DNA of 64,000 nt from Pseudomonadota bacterium (GCA_918234285.1 CAKJXZ020000021.1:1-64000), one strand, 5' to 3'; shown: positions 17,008-28,554, numbered from the stretch's first letter. Notes: generated from the letters alone by a model not told the origin. Numbers and translations: made by a program.

Positions 17008-19103
17008 TATTCTTCAACCTCCTGTTTAATATACGTTACTTCAAACTGTTTGCATGGACGATATTTTTGCAGGCGTGTTGTAAAGGCAAAGAAGTCTTTA
17101 CGTTCGCAGTTTTGGTAGATTTCCAAACCTCTATCCAAAGATATCTTCCAACCGGTATCCGTTACAATGCTGCGAGCATGAATTGTGGAATCAAACTTAT
17201 ATGAAAACTTAATGCCCAGGGCATAACAAGATGACTCTATCTGCTTAAAATTGTTCTCTTGCATTTCTATAGTGTTTTCATCAGTAGTCGTTATCAATTC
17301 CACATAAACTTCATCTGCTACGGCCTTATTTTGTTCAATAAGTTCCAAAAACTCCATCAAATTCAATGTTTGGAATACATTCCGAATATATGGGTCTGTT
17401 ATTGTTATATGTTTTGCCCCCTTAATATACGGAGCAAACAGTTTTTCGTAGGTAACACCAAGTTGTCCTTCAGCAAAAGTCAGATGTTGTTCCTTCAATT
17501 CTTCTTTCTTTTCAGCCGGCTGTTGCAAAAGTTCTTTAATATCGTTATCAATGTTGCTTGTTGTTTCAACTGTATCATTATCTGTACTTTCTTCCACTTC
17601 AGGTTTATCAAATTCTGCGGTTGTTACCGTACCGTGATACATATCTTTATATTGAATTTCCTCTAATGTGGTAACTTTTACTTTTTCTCCGCCGCTTTTG
17701 ATATAAGAGAAATCAGTTGCAGGGAATGTGCTATCAATACGCAAAAGTTGGTCTTTAACACGCTTTCTTCCTTCCATAGCAAACTTTAACAACTCTTCTT
17801 TTTCTTCATATGTGGCTACTTTATTCGGATAAATTATCTTCATTAGTCCGGAGAATGTCTTGTTAATGCCATCTCTATCACGTGTTGAGATATCTGATGA
17901 CAATTCCATAGTTTCTTTATATTCATTGGAATAGTCATAATTACGTAGATATTTCAGAACTTCGGCATAATAATCTACTACAAAGCCATAACCTGTTGTA
18001 AATAATTCGTTCCGAATAACATCAATTTCCCAGCCAGGAATATAAAAATGTATTCTATCCAAAAATGCCGAATCCAAATACTTGTCTGGTAATTCTTCAA
18101 ATAAGTTGGAATGTGTCAGCATAAATGGAACGTTATGTTTTGTATTGCCGATAAAGGTCATAGAGGCTTCTGCGCCTAATGTTTCTACACCGCGAGAGAA
18201 GGATTTGTTGGCCATATAACCTTTCATAATGTCAACCAAAGCCTTATCTACCTTCTTTTGTTGTCCTGCAAATTCATCAAAGGCAACATTATCCCAATAA
18301 CCTACAAGCCCGATACTATGCTTTTTAGAGTTATTAACGAATAATTTTGCTACTGTTACCTCTCCACCTGAAATCAATGTTCCGTGAGGCGAAAACTCGG
18401 TATAGATATGTGATTTACCTGTTCCTTTCGGCCCTAATTCAATCAAATTATAGTTTCGCTCACAGAATGGTATAAGACGCACTAATTGCAATAATTTGTT
18501 TCGGCGGCTTAACATCTCCGGATTAAATCCGATACTTTGCAAAATCAAATCAATCCATTCATCTGTCGTGAATTTGCTACGTTTTTCTTTGAAATCGTCA
18601 AAATTAAACTGGGATAATTGGATGGGCTTAATTGATGACAATACCCACGGACATTCATTTGTATCTTCACTGAAATGATATTCCAAATCGGCCAAACACC
18701 AAACACCGGAAACCAATAAGCGTGGATGTTTTTTACTTACGGTTTCCGCATCTACCAAGACTCTACTGATGCCCAGATTTGAAAATGTCAGACGGTAACA
18801 GTCATTTTTCTCATCCAATTCCGCAAAAATCTTATCAATAACCTTATAGCGGCCTTTTTCCTTGATATATGACTTAATGAGTTCGGCTTCGTTTCTATGA
18901 ACATAATGTTTGGCTAAAATCTCTTTTACCGATTCAATTCCTGCATTGATTGTCGCTTCATCATTGGTAGCGCAATACTGTCCGAGCAAGTATTCTAATA
19001 CGTATGATGGCACAATAGCGTTGCCTTTGACCTCTTTAACCAAATCTTTTCTAACAACGCATCCAGGAAATACATCGTTTATTTTTGTATCCAAACTATT
19101 CAT
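17007..19103 (-). CDS. brxL: BREX BrxL, ATPase form with a C-terminal MIT_C/PLD-like domain
   Basis: VPSYVLEYLLGQYC, ELGPKGTGKSH, FDEF and DSAFLDRIHFYIPGW; C-terminal DPYIR...IHARSIVTDTGWKISLDRGL. Confidence 0.9.
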   Translation of the reverse strand: MNSLDTKINDVFPGCVVRKDLVKEVKGNAIVPSYVLEYLLGQYCATNDEATINAGIESVKEILAKHYVHRNEAELIKSYIKEKGRYKVIDKIFAELDEKNDCYRLTFSNLGISRVLVDAETVSKKHPRLLVSGVWCLADLEYHFSEDTNECPWVLSSIKPIQLSQFNFDDFKEKRSKFTTDEWIDLILQSIGFNPEMLSRRNKLLQLVRLIPFCERNYNLIELGPKGTGKSHIYTEFSPHGTLISGGEVTVAKLFVNNSKKHSIGLVGYWDNVAFDEFAGQQKKVDKALVDIMKGYMANKSFSRGVETLGAEASMTFIGNTKHNVPFMLTHSNLFEELPDKYLDSAFLDRIHFYIPGWEIDVIRNELFTTGYGFVVDYYAEVLKYLRNYDYSNEYKETMELSSDISTRDRDGINKTFSGLMKIIYPNKVATYEEKEELLKFAMEGRKRVKDQLLRIDSTFPATDFSYIKSGGEKVKVTTLEEIQYKDMYHGTVTTAEFDKPEVEESTDNDTVETTSNIDNDIKELLQQPAEKKEELKEQHLTFAEGQLGVTYEKLFAPYIKGAKHITITDPYIRNVFQTLNLMEFLELIEQNKAVADEVYVELITTTDENTIEMQENNFKQIESSCYALGIKFSYKFDSTIHARSIVTDTGWKISLDRGLEIYQNCERKDFFAFTTRLQKYRPCKQFEVTYIKQEVEE

Positions 19104-19118
19104 ATCTCAAAACCTTTC

Positions 19119-21593
19119 CTAAAAATCCATAGTAAATGTTTTTCTAACTGTATAAACCAAAGACTTATATTCTTTGGCATAGGTTGTATCTTCTTCCGGT
19201 TCGCTTAACTTCAAATAAACCGTTTGATTATTTTCATTATCAACATTTTTGTTCAGAAGTAACGTTACCTGCTGTTCTCTATCTCTTGTTTCTGTACTTA
19301 CGCTGTCAAATATAAGTTCTTTTTGCTCTGAAATCAGTTCTCCGGCTTTGTTATACAGCCCGATAAGCAAAACTCTCTTTTGCACCTTATCGTTCACAAT
19401 GTCTTTCTGATACAATGTTACGACCAACTGATTGGAAGAAATAATGTCTGTAGAGCGCATCATTTCTACTTCCACCTTACTGATATCGCTTTGGCGTTTT
19501 TTATTGATAGTAACAATAGGAACGATAATTTCTTGCAAACTTGCACCACCGTGAACAAATTTGCGCGCAGCACCTTGAAGTCTTAAACGGTTGATTGATT
19601 TTGGGAATTGAAATTCCAAATCACCGCGTAAACCAAGATTTTGTGCACTAAACTTCATAAATGAATTATCTTCCTTCAGGTTTCTGCCGACAACAAATCT
19701 TCTGTCTTTCTTAATAACGTCGCCAGACGGTTCTACGCCCAAATACTCATCTTCATCCAAATCTTTATTTTGGTAGATAAAGCCGTGGTCAGAAGTAATT
19801 ATAATGTTATAAATGTCAGCACTTGCCAATCTTTTCGTTATTTTTATTAACTCTTCAATCGTATCATCTGCGGCCTCAAATGCCTGTTCTTCCGAACTTA
19901 AACTATGGCCGATTTCATCTATTTTGTTATGAAATACATATACTATGCTGATGTTCTTAAAGACTTCACGCAGTCTCTCAATACCGCTATTTAAGATATC
20001 TGTATCCTTTAATGCCAGGGCTCCGGTTGCTTTTTGCTGCAAAATCTTATTTCTGTTATCCAAACCGGATGTAGATACGTCATCTGCATTCACAGTCAAA
20101 TCTTTTTCTATGATTTCAAGTGCATTATGAGGCAATAAAGATGCCATACCGAGTTGCGTATAACTCGGAAGTCCCGTAATTGCTTTATTTAACTTGGCAT
20201 CAAAACGGTCTATCTGACGAATACGTGCTGCCAATTCTTCACCTATTTCGTAGCGAAGTGCATCCGAAACAATGATACATTGCTTGGTTTTGCTGCTTTC
20301 TACATATTTGTGATAAAAATCGCGCTGACGGTCTATGCAGTCAAATTCCCATACTGTTTTCTTATCTATTTGCTGCTGCCAACTGTCATTCATATTCAGC
20401 AAATACTTGTTAGAATACAGATTCTCTATGTTTTCAACCAACTTTTCAAAACCGCTGACTTGTCCGGAAACTTTCAAATGATATATAAACTTCCGGTAAT
20501 ATTGGTCAATCTTATACCAAGTGTTTGTATAGTTTTCTATACCGGTGCTGATAGAGTTGACTACAAAATGCTCTTCTTTCTCTACCATTTCCACAAATGC
20601 GGCAGCATACCAAAGTGCCTGATACAAATTCTCATACTTTTTATACCATTTCATCGTGCGGCGTTGAGTTATGATATCAAACATATCTTTCGGATTGATG
20701 GTTCTTTTGCATAAATTTTCTATCAATGCGGCAATGATACGTTTATCAATGGCCTCAAAATAATCTACTGCCACCAAAGACTTGTAGTCTTTCTGATATA
20801 CTTTGTCTTCAATCTTTAAGATATCCGCCACTTCGTTGGAAATCTTTTCAAAATCAGCAGCATAGCGAACATCATTTTTCCATTGGTTTAAAAAGATTTT
20901 AGCCCCTGTGCCAGAATTTGCAGCACCATCTATATCGTTTGCAAAACTGCGTTCAAAGGTATTGATGATAAAATCTTTCACGTTCGGCGCAGATGAACTG
21001 TAACCATAGGATTCCTGCATTCTGTCATATAAGAAACCATCAAGTTTGCTTTTGCTAATAGCGTTCATCATTTCATTTTTGCCGATTGCATATTCATGCA
21101 GCAGGCTTTCTACCACCGAATTGATGTCACCTTCGGCTTTGCTTATTACAAAAAGCATTTTCATTCTGATTTGCTTATGTGTCTCGCTTTTACCGATAAG
21201 TGCTTTAAGTTTTTCTTTGCGTTCTTTACTCTTAAAGAAAAACTCATGTTCTTTGGTGATTTCGGAAAACTCCGAGCCCAAACCCAGTTCGGAAAGGGTT
21301 AAAGCCCATTGTTCGGCGTGAAATTCAGCATTTGCGAGCAAAACATCTAATAGCCAGTTTTGCGCATCCTCCGGCTTTTCCGCAGGTTTATAGAGCAAAA
21401 ACTTTTGGTTTGGTTCTTCTTTCAAAATCTGGTATTTCAGCGCAAACTCATTCTCGCCAATCGTCAACTTTTTCACGCCATCTAATTCCAAATTGGCAAA
21501 ATCTTCCGTGAATTGCTTGTCTTTATCATACCAAAACACAATCCGAGAGTTTTCAAACTTATTCAAAAGAGTTCTTTTGATTTGCTCACACAT
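19119..21593 (-). CDS. pglZ: BREX-1 PglZ phosphatase
   Basis: RIVFWYD, IVSDALRYE, LPSYTQLGMASLLP, TSDHGF and FVHGGASLQE. Confidence 0.95.
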   Translation of the reverse strand: MCEQIKRTLLNKFENSRIVFWYDKDKQFTEDFANLELDGVKKLTIGENEFALKYQILKEEPNQKFLLYKPAEKPEDAQNWLLDVLLANAEFHAEQWALTLSELGLGSEFSEITKEHEFFFKSKERKEKLKALIGKSETHKQIRMKMLFVISKAEGDINSVVESLLHEYAIGKNEMMNAISKSKLDGFLYDRMQESYGYSSSAPNVKDFIINTFERSFANDIDGAANSGTGAKIFLNQWKNDVRYAADFEKISNEVADILKIEDKVYQKDYKSLVAVDYFEAIDKRIIAALIENLCKRTINPKDMFDIITQRRTMKWYKKYENLYQALWYAAAFVEMVEKEEHFVVNSISTGIENYTNTWYKIDQYYRKFIYHLKVSGQVSGFEKLVENIENLYSNKYLLNMNDSWQQQIDKKTVWEFDCIDRQRDFYHKYVESSKTKQCIIVSDALRYEIGEELAARIRQIDRFDAKLNKAITGLPSYTQLGMASLLPHNALEIIEKDLTVNADDVSTSGLDNRNKILQQKATGALALKDTDILNSGIERLREVFKNISIVYVFHNKIDEIGHSLSSEEQAFEAADDTIEELIKITKRLASADIYNIIITSDHGFIYQNKDLDEDEYLGVEPSGDVIKKDRRFVVGRNLKEDNSFMKFSAQNLGLRGDLEFQFPKSINRLRLQGAARKFVHGGASLQEIIVPIVTINKKRQSDISKVEVEMMRSTDIISSNQLVVTLYQKDIVNDKVQKRVLLIGLYNKAGELISEQKELIFDSVSTETRDREQQVTLLLNKNVDNENNQTVYLKLSEPEEDTTYAKEYKSLVYTVRKTFTMDF

Positions 21594-21594
21594 C

Positions 21595-24500
21595 TTATGC
21601 TTTCTCCTTTAATCCTATATTCCGGAGTGCTTTACCGAACTTCAAATAGTTCACTTTTACGCCATCATCCAAATCAATTTCTTTTCTTTCGGTTGCCAAC
21701 GGGAATAAAATATTGCGCTCATAATCATCGGCTTCGTTCAAATCTGCCTGTAATGCAATTTTATCTATTGTAGCATTGAAATCATTGTTTTCCAGTGATG
21801 TTAGCGCATCTATGTTGCCCTGAAGTTTGTTCTTATATTCACGCAAATATTCGTTTAAGACCAGATTTACGGTATCTTTGTTGTAGCGGTGCAAATAGAT
21901 AAGTGCATTAAAAGCGTTCTTTTCTGAAGAGAACATCCAGTAAATCGGACGTTTCTGATACATTTGTACGTGGTCTTTATAAAAGTCCTTAATAAAGTAT
22001 TCACGCAGCACTTGTTCCGGTGATTTGTTGGCTTTTGTGTTTAATACGCTGGCGATATAGGCCATATTCTCGGCGTAATATTTTTCTCCAAAGGCAACTT
22101 TGATAAATTTATTGAAACGTTCTACAATATCATCAGTGAAATAATGTTCTGAAAGCACCGGAATAATGCCATCTTCATCGGCTTCAAAGGTTTGATAGTT
22201 ATTAGCATCAAAGTCCCCACCGGCATAAATGAGACCTTTAGCATCCAAACTATAACGTCCGAACATACAACCGACAGCGTATGATATCAATGATTTGACT
22301 TCGCGTTCTTCGTCGGCCTTGGCAACCGTAATATCTTTATCGTCTACTTCCGGCGTCATTTCATCTTGAAGGCCATAGATTTCTATGAATAAGCGATTTA
22401 GTTCTTCCTCATTGGCTTTCAGTTGATTAAACTGCTGTTCCTTGTAGGCTTTCCACTTTGCGAAACATTCGGAAATCTTATCACCTTCTGTGATTGGTTC
22501 AATTTTGCTGATGTTTTCATAATCAACCAATCCTTTATTGCGATTAGAAAAACGAATAAGCGGATGCTGTTCAAAATCCCACGAAGTTTCAAAACTATCC
22601 CAATCATCTTTAGATATAGCAATGTTTTGTTCTACAAGTGTGTCAATAGTATGCTTTATACCATTGGATGGTTTAATGAAAGGAATGTTACATATATCCG
22701 ATGTGAGAAGGTTTATCGTAGGATTATACATAGGATATAAAAATTGAGATATGTTAGAATTTAATAATGCTAAAATTACATATAAATCGTTAGCATTTTG
22801 GGGATAAACCGTTGGTGTAGCAGTTCCACAAACGGATTTATCTATGACGCGAAAACTTTTTTGTTGATTACTTCCAATCTGTGACCATCCTATACCTCTG
22901 CAGAAATAAAAATTTTCATCTCCTCGTCTTACTGATTTGTTTGTATATTGTGGAGACCATAGTTTATTTAATTTGATTACATACCAGTAATTTCCGTAAT
23001 ATTTTCTTTGTTCCCCACCTTTTTGAAAAATGTGATATTCTGAATACTTCTTATGTTCTTTTTCTATGAAAGATATTTTTTCAAAATTTACTTCTTGCCA
23101 AAACCTTATAAAGAAGTCATCTTCCCCAGTAACAACACCTGACTTTGGTATAACATCATTTTTTAATAATGGATTTTCAAATACTTTCTTCCAATTATTC
23201 CCAAACCAATATGCTATTGGAGTTCCAGGAACCAAATTAAAATCTAATTTATTCGTTTCATAATAAAAACCACAATCTTTATTCAAAACTGCTTCTCTGG
23301 TTTTAATCGGTTGATTTTTAGCCCCTGGAAAATCAGATAACCGAATGTAACATCCAGCCATATCTGCTATATTTCGTTTAGCAAGCGTAAATGTGCAAAT
23401 TGGCACGGTTGCGCCATCAAATCCAGAATATTCAAGTTGAACTAATGAGGTTATATCCGTATCATTGATAATTTTGCTTCTTAAATTTTCATAACTTGAA
23501 ATAAACATCCAAACAAATGGTGTCATAAAACCGATGTAGCCATTATTTACGGTTTTTGATTGACAGTAAACAATAAATGCTGAAAACAAATCATATTTTG
23601 CATCTGAATATTCATTTTGAATAAACTCCAAAAGTGTTTTTTCCATATATGTTCCTCCAATATATGGAGGATTGGTTATTACGCATTCATAGTTTTGTTG
23701 CATTATTTTAAGTTGTTTAATTAAAAATGGTAATCTGCCTTTGATAGCAGGCGTATTCATTGTCGTTTGTCTTTGGTTTTTGAAGTAATTTAAGCGTTCT
23801 TCCCAAAAGGCAATATCTATTTCATCTAATTTGCATAATGAACCGATTATGCGAGCATTATTAAAATTCTCACATAGCGTATAGATTTGCTGTTTGGCGT
23901 ATTCTCTATCACTTACTCCTTGCAATAAATCTTCTAATACATCTGCTGTAATCCATTTGGTATCTTTTACCGAGCAAATATTAACATTGTTCAGTTTGTT
24001 AAAGATGTTACGGTCATATTGACGGGCTTTCATCATAACTGCAAACTGCGCTAATTGTGCGGCACGGTCACAAATATCCAAACCATAAAGATTGTGAGTT
24101 AAAATCATCTCCGGTATTTCATTATCCGGATAGCCTTGCTCTTTATACACTTCATACAATAATTCAAAAGCATATACGAGAATGTGTCCGGAACCGCACG
24201 CAGGGTCAAAAACCTTTATTTCTTGCGGCTTTATTCCTTTGAATATGTGGTTTTCAAGTTCTTTTTTGGCTTCAGCACTAACATTTCTCGGCTCTAAATA
24301 AAACTCCATTTTATCTTTTAATGCGGATGTCGGATTTGCTTCCATCCATAATTTACCTAAAGAATTCTGCGTCATATAGCGCACAATCCAATCAGGCGTA
24401 AATAATTGCGTTGCATAAGGTATTTCAAAGCCTTTATAGCGTTTCTTTGCCTTAATAACCCTGTCTTTTTCCTCTTGGTTGAAGTATTGATACAACCAGC

Positions 24501-25092
24501 CGATAACTTCCACATCTTGACAAGTTTCGGCATCAAGAGTTTCTACTGCTTGTGTCAGCACCGAACTGTTGGAAAGTAAGTCATCCGGCATCAAAAGTTC
24601 AGTATAGTCCTTAATCCGCTCAAACATAAACGGCATCAATTTATTATAGGCATTACAATATGCCACTAAAAGCAGTTTATATACTTCTTCTTGCGGTTTA
24701 GGGCTACTGATAGCACCGTTCAACAGAGCGGAAATGCGTTGTTCTACATCTGCCGGCACAACCTGTTTATCCACATATCCGGCTTTGGCTTCTGAAAGCA
24801 CTTCCGGTTGGGTTTGTCCCTCTGCCGGCGAAACTACTCCAATTTTGGTATAATGGTTCACATCCATAAAACGTAGAGCAATAAAGCGGTTAAACCATGT
24901 ATAGGCTACTTTTTCAATAGTTTGTTCTTTGCCGATTTCTGCTATCAAACCTTCCAAGGCTCTTATCGCTTGCGGATTATTACGACGTTCAAAACTGTTG
25001 GCTTCTAATACCAAATCTAATTTGGCGGCCACAATGCCCATCAGCGATTTACGCGCTTCAATAGCAAATTTCTTTAATTTTGAAGTATCCAT
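21595..25092 (-). CDS. pglX: BREX-1 adenine methyltransferase PglX
   Basis: AYTWFNRFIALRFM, TQLFTPDWIV, DPACGSGH, NPPY and IDLDDGVKVNY. Confidence 0.95.
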   Translation of the reverse strand: MDTSKLKKFAIEARKSLMGIVAAKLDLVLEANSFERRNNPQAIRALEGLIAEIGKEQTIEKVAYTWFNRFIALRFMDVNHYTKIGVVSPAEGQTQPEVLSEAKAGYVDKQVVPADVEQRISALLNGAISSPKPQEEVYKLLLVAYCNAYNKLMPFMFERIKDYTELLMPDDLLSNSSVLTQAVETLDAETCQDVEVIGWLYQYFNQEEKDRVIKAKKRYKGFEIPYATQLFTPDWIVRYMTQNSLGKLWMEANPTSALKDKMEFYLEPRNVSAEAKKELENHIFKGIKPQEIKVFDPACGSGHILVYAFELLYEVYKEQGYPDNEIPEMILTHNLYGLDICDRAAQLAQFAVMMKARQYDRNIFNKLNNVNICSVKDTKWITADVLEDLLQGVSDREYAKQQIYTLCENFNNARIIGSLCKLDEIDIAFWEERLNYFKNQRQTTMNTPAIKGRLPFLIKQLKIMQQNYECVITNPPYIGGTYMEKTLLEFIQNEYSDAKYDLFSAFIVYCQSKTVNNGYIGFMTPFVWMFISSYENLRSKIINDTDITSLVQLEYSGFDGATVPICTFTLAKRNIADMAGCYIRLSDFPGAKNQPIKTREAVLNKDCGFYYETNKLDFNLVPGTPIAYWFGNNWKKVFENPLLKNDVIPKSGVVTGEDDFFIRFWQEVNFEKISFIEKEHKKYSEYHIFQKGGEQRKYYGNYWYVIKLNKLWSPQYTNKSVRRGDENFYFCRGIGWSQIGSNQQKSFRVIDKSVCGTATPTVYPQNANDLYVILALLNSNISQFLYPMYNPTINLLTSDICNIPFIKPSNGIKHTIDTLVEQNIAISKDDWDSFETSWDFEQHPLIRFSNRNKGLVDYENISKIEPITEGDKISECFAKWKAYKEQQFNQLKANEEELNRLFIEIYGLQDEMTPEVDDKDITVAKADEEREVKSLISYAVGCMFGRYSLDAKGLIYAGGDFDANNYQTFEADEDGIIPVLSEHYFTDDIVERFNKFIKVAFGEKYYAENMAYIASVLNTKANKSPEQVLREYFIKDFYKDHVQMYQKRPIYWMFSSEKNAFNALIYLHRYNKDTVNLVLNEYLREYKNKLQGNIDALTSLENNDFNATIDKIALQADLNEADDYERNILFPLATERKEIDLDDGVKVNYLKFGKALRNIGLKEKA

Positions 25093-25101
25093 AGTCTGTC
25101 C

Positions 25102-28100
25102 TTAAATCTTAATCTTTTTGCCGTCTTTGATTTCACCAAGCATTGCTTGTTTCAAATTGGCCAAATATTCATCAACATCTTGAGCATTTGCCAAAAGTGT
25201 TTTGCTGCTCTTTACGGCAATGCTTCCGGCAGGAATGATGATTTCCTGCGGTGTATCCGGCGTTTGCGGTTTGACTGCTGCTGTAATGCGACTAATAATG
25301 TTCAGATGCGTATTGTTCTTGAAGTTATCTGTTGCATAACATAACAGTGGAATAATCTTCTGTTGCTTGACGTTTCCGGCAAAATCATCATATTCCTTAC
25401 TGAATCTTTGTTGCGCAGGCGCATCCAATTTGCTCCATTCTTCCATATTCTGTGCTTCTGTCCGCAATTTTGCCACTTCTTCAAGGGCTGCATTACGTTC
25501 CTGCTCCAAAGATGCCGCAATTTGCTTCTGTAAATTTGCAATATTCTCGCGCAAGTCTTGAATTGTCGTGCCTTTATAGCAATTCAAATCATTTAAAATG
25601 TTGCTGATTTGCGTGGCATCGGCACCGATATGTTCCAGATTGGTGTGTTCATCCGACAAAAACTGTCTGGCTTCATCATAATAACCACGCATTGCACCAT
25701 TCATAAAGTTTGTTATCGGGACAATCAGATTATCATTATCGTTCAACAAACCCTCGCTAATGCCTGTAAACTCGTTGAAATACCAGTTGTATGGTTTATC
25801 TACACATTTGGCCAGTTTGTCTTTGATTTGGCTCAAAACCGCCACAAACGGATAATTGTTCTTTTGATACAAAAGTTCAGTTACTCTTGCTAATTTGTCC
25901 TTAATTTTATCATTAACCTTAAGCGCAATCGTTTTAGCATCATTATCGGCAATCGGTTCATTGCAGAATGTGTCATAAAACTCTTTCAACTGCCGAATTT
26001 GGCTCGGTGAGAAACTTGTTGTCGGTTGCAAAATTAAATTATCTTGCTTGGAAGTATTCTTAATGGCCTTAATAACATCATTATCTTCCAAAATGTTGGA
26101 ATTTTCTTTGATTTCAATCTTACGACGAACGTATAACTTGGCAATATGGCACAAAACTGCGGCATAAGACCAACCATACGGAATTTTCTGGAATGTATCC
26201 AAAACGCTCTTAACTGTTGCTTTGTATGTACCGCTGCGGACGATGTGATTATATACCTCTTGCTCTGCTTCGGTTAAATTAGCCGGCATTAAAACATTAC
26301 CGTCGCGGATAATGTTATCAATTTCTTGCTCTTTATAAGTTACACCTGCCAGCATTTTGATATTGGTGTATGTTTTATCTACCAATTCCATAAATGCTTT
26401 AACTATACATCCGGCAGCATCGGAACCGCTCATTTCTACTTCTGAACCATTGACGTAGAAACGCGACTTACCGACCAAAACGGCAACGCGCTCCTGCAAA
26501 CGGTTCTTGCGCTCGTTGTTTTGAATTTGCTTTTCTTGAATAATGCGCCGTGCATCATCGGAAATACCGGCTCCCATCGTTTGATTGATATACTTTAAGG
26601 TCTTCTTATAAAGGCCTAAATCATCAATTAAACGCTTATCTTCCGGCAACAAAATAAACAATTCTGTTGTTTTTTCTATGGATTTCATCGCCACATTGCC
26701 GGCGTTTATTTCATCGTCTAACGGGCTGATAACATTTATAGACAGTTCATATTCGCGAGAATATGCCTTACCATCTAATTTGCGCGTAAAGTTATAATCT
26801 GTTCCATTGGTGTGGTGTATTTTGTTTTGACGCAAAATACTATCATAGATTAAAGTTTGCAATTCATCCGGAATGTCTGTTACCGCAATATCGGTTTTCT
26901 TGATTTCTTCTTCAATGTCTTTTTCTTTATCGGTTAAGTATTCATAGACATCATTGGTGCGCTGAATATAAGTCTGGTCTTCCAAAATATTCAGGGCTTC
27001 TTCTATTTGTTTATTGTATTCAACTTGATTTTCATTGAAGTTGCTGTGCATCAAAACTGCGATATTTCTTTGTGTAGCCTTGAAGGATTTAATGTATTTC
27101 ACAAGGAACAAGGCTTTTAAGATTTTAACGGCCAACTTGTTTTCCAAGTTTCTTTCGGCTATGGCAATAGAAGATTGGATGCTGGCAAGTGAACTCCTAA
27201 TTCCTTCATACATCATATCAAATGTAGCAATTTCGCCAACTTGCTTGTTTTCGCTTACATTTATTGCAACTTGCTGAAATACGCTCAAAATAGAACGTGC
27301 GCCGACAGAGGTATATCCGCCTTGAAATGCACCGTGACGTGACAATTCCTGCATTGCATTTTGAAATAATGTGAACTGATACGGAATAAATGGGTAACAA
27401 TCAATGAAATGTTCTTCATCTCTAAAGTTTTTAAGAACCTGACCTTCAGTAAAATCAAATAATGTCTTAAAATTGTTGACTTCATTATGATATAAGTCAC
27501 TCAATACTTTCTTCGCATCATCTTGCTTTTCAAGCAAACGCTTTTGAATAACTTCTTCAACATCTTGGCTATCCAAGTGCAATCTTGTTCTGAAACGGCC
27601 TTGAATCTTTGAAAAGTCATCACGGGATAAGGTTGTTCCCATATCTTCAAGGAAAGTTGCCACACTGGCTTGTGAAGTAACAATAACTGCTGCACGACCT
27701 TTACATAATGTGCCTAATTTCTCGGTTATGGCTTGTAATTCAAGCATATATTGCACATTGTTGCCAATGTATTGGCCAACTTCATCTGCCAAAAAGTTAA
27801 TTCTGAAATTAGAACCTTGTTTATCTATATAGGCCTTAACTAATTCCGCAAAACTATCAATGGAAGTTGCATTAACTTGTTTTGTTTTGCTTAAAACATC
27901 TTGATATTCGGCATTTTTTCCGTGAACTTTATTATAGGCCTTATCTATATCAGGTCTGTATCTTTGGCGAACACGGCCATCTTCCCAATCAATTTTCGCT
28001 ATATTCTTAAATTCGGCCTTAAATGTATCAAACAATCCTTCTTCGTCTAATTCTCTTTCAAATTGTGCAATATCACGCGATTTACCATAATATCCGCAGG

Positions 28101-28554
28101 CTTCGTTAAATACATTCATAAAGATTTCCAGAACGGTATCTTTTTTATTGTCTATATTGGCCTTCTTGGCAATATCAAACAAAATGCTTTTCGCTGGTGT
28201 CTTCAGATTTTTAAGACGACCTATAAGAAAAGCATTCTCCGGAGAACATTTTTCTATAAAAGCATCAACAACCGTGCGACCTCCAAGGTCTTTATTTTCT
28301 AACAACAAAGCCACCATTTTCAAAAGGTGTGATTTACCGGAACCAAAGAAACCGGAAATCCATACGCCATTTCCGTCAGAATATTTTTCAGAATATGCTT
28401 CCAGCAATTCTTCTAATTTCTTCTCAATGCTTTGAGTTAAAACATATTCATCAACTTCCTGATTGAGTTTTGCTAACTCAATATCATCTGCCTTTACAAC
28501 GCCTTCAATATGGCGATTTATGTTTTTTCTGAAAAGAGATGTTAAAATATTCAT
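25102..28554 (-). CDS. brxC: BREX P-loop ATPase BrxC
   Basis: GVWISGFFGSGKSHLLK, DEVGQY, FSKIQGRF and YPFIPYQF. Confidence 0.95.
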   Translation of the reverse strand: MNILTSLFRKNINRHIEGVVKADDIELAKLNQEVDEYVLTQSIEKKLEELLEAYSEKYSDGNGVWISGFFGSGKSHLLKMVALLLENKDLGGRTVVDAFIEKCSPENAFLIGRLKNLKTPAKSILFDIAKKANIDNKKDTVLEIFMNVFNEACGYYGKSRDIAQFERELDEEGLFDTFKAEFKNIAKIDWEDGRVRQRYRPDIDKAYNKVHGKNAEYQDVLSKTKQVNATSIDSFAELVKAYIDKQGSNFRINFLADEVGQYIGNNVQYMLELQAITEKLGTLCKGRAAVIVTSQASVATFLEDMGTTLSRDDFSKIQGRFRTRLHLDSQDVEEVIQKRLLEKQDDAKKVLSDLYHNEVNNFKTLFDFTEGQVLKNFRDEEHFIDCYPFIPYQFTLFQNAMQELSRHGAFQGGYTSVGARSILSVFQQVAINVSENKQVGEIATFDMMYEGIRSSLASIQSSIAIAERNLENKLAVKILKALFLVKYIKSFKATQRNIAVLMHSNFNENQVEYNKQIEEALNILEDQTYIQRTNDVYEYLTDKEKDIEEEIKKTDIAVTDIPDELQTLIYDSILRQNKIHHTNGTDYNFTRKLDGKAYSREYELSINVISPLDDEINAGNVAMKSIEKTTELFILLPEDKRLIDDLGLYKKTLKYINQTMGAGISDDARRIIQEKQIQNNERKNRLQERVAVLVGKSRFYVNGSEVEMSGSDAAGCIVKAFMELVDKTYTNIKMLAGVTYKEQEIDNIIRDGNVLMPANLTEAEQEVYNHIVRSGTYKATVKSVLDTFQKIPYGWSYAAVLCHIAKLYVRRKIEIKENSNILEDNDVIKAIKNTSKQDNLILQPTTSFSPSQIRQLKEFYDTFCNEPIADNDAKTIALKVNDKIKDKLARVTELLYQKNNYPFVAVLSQIKDKLAKCVDKPYNWYFNEFTGISEGLLNDNDNLIVPITNFMNGAMRGYYDEARQFLSDEHTNLEHIGADATQISNILNDLNCYKGTTIQDLRENIANLQKQIAASLEQERNAALEEVAKLRTEAQNMEEWSKLDAPAQQRFSKEYDDFAGNVKQQKIIPLLCYATDNFKNNTHLNIISRITAAVKPQTPDTPQEIIIPAGSIAVKSSKTLLANAQDVDEYLANLKQAMLGEIKDGKKIKI

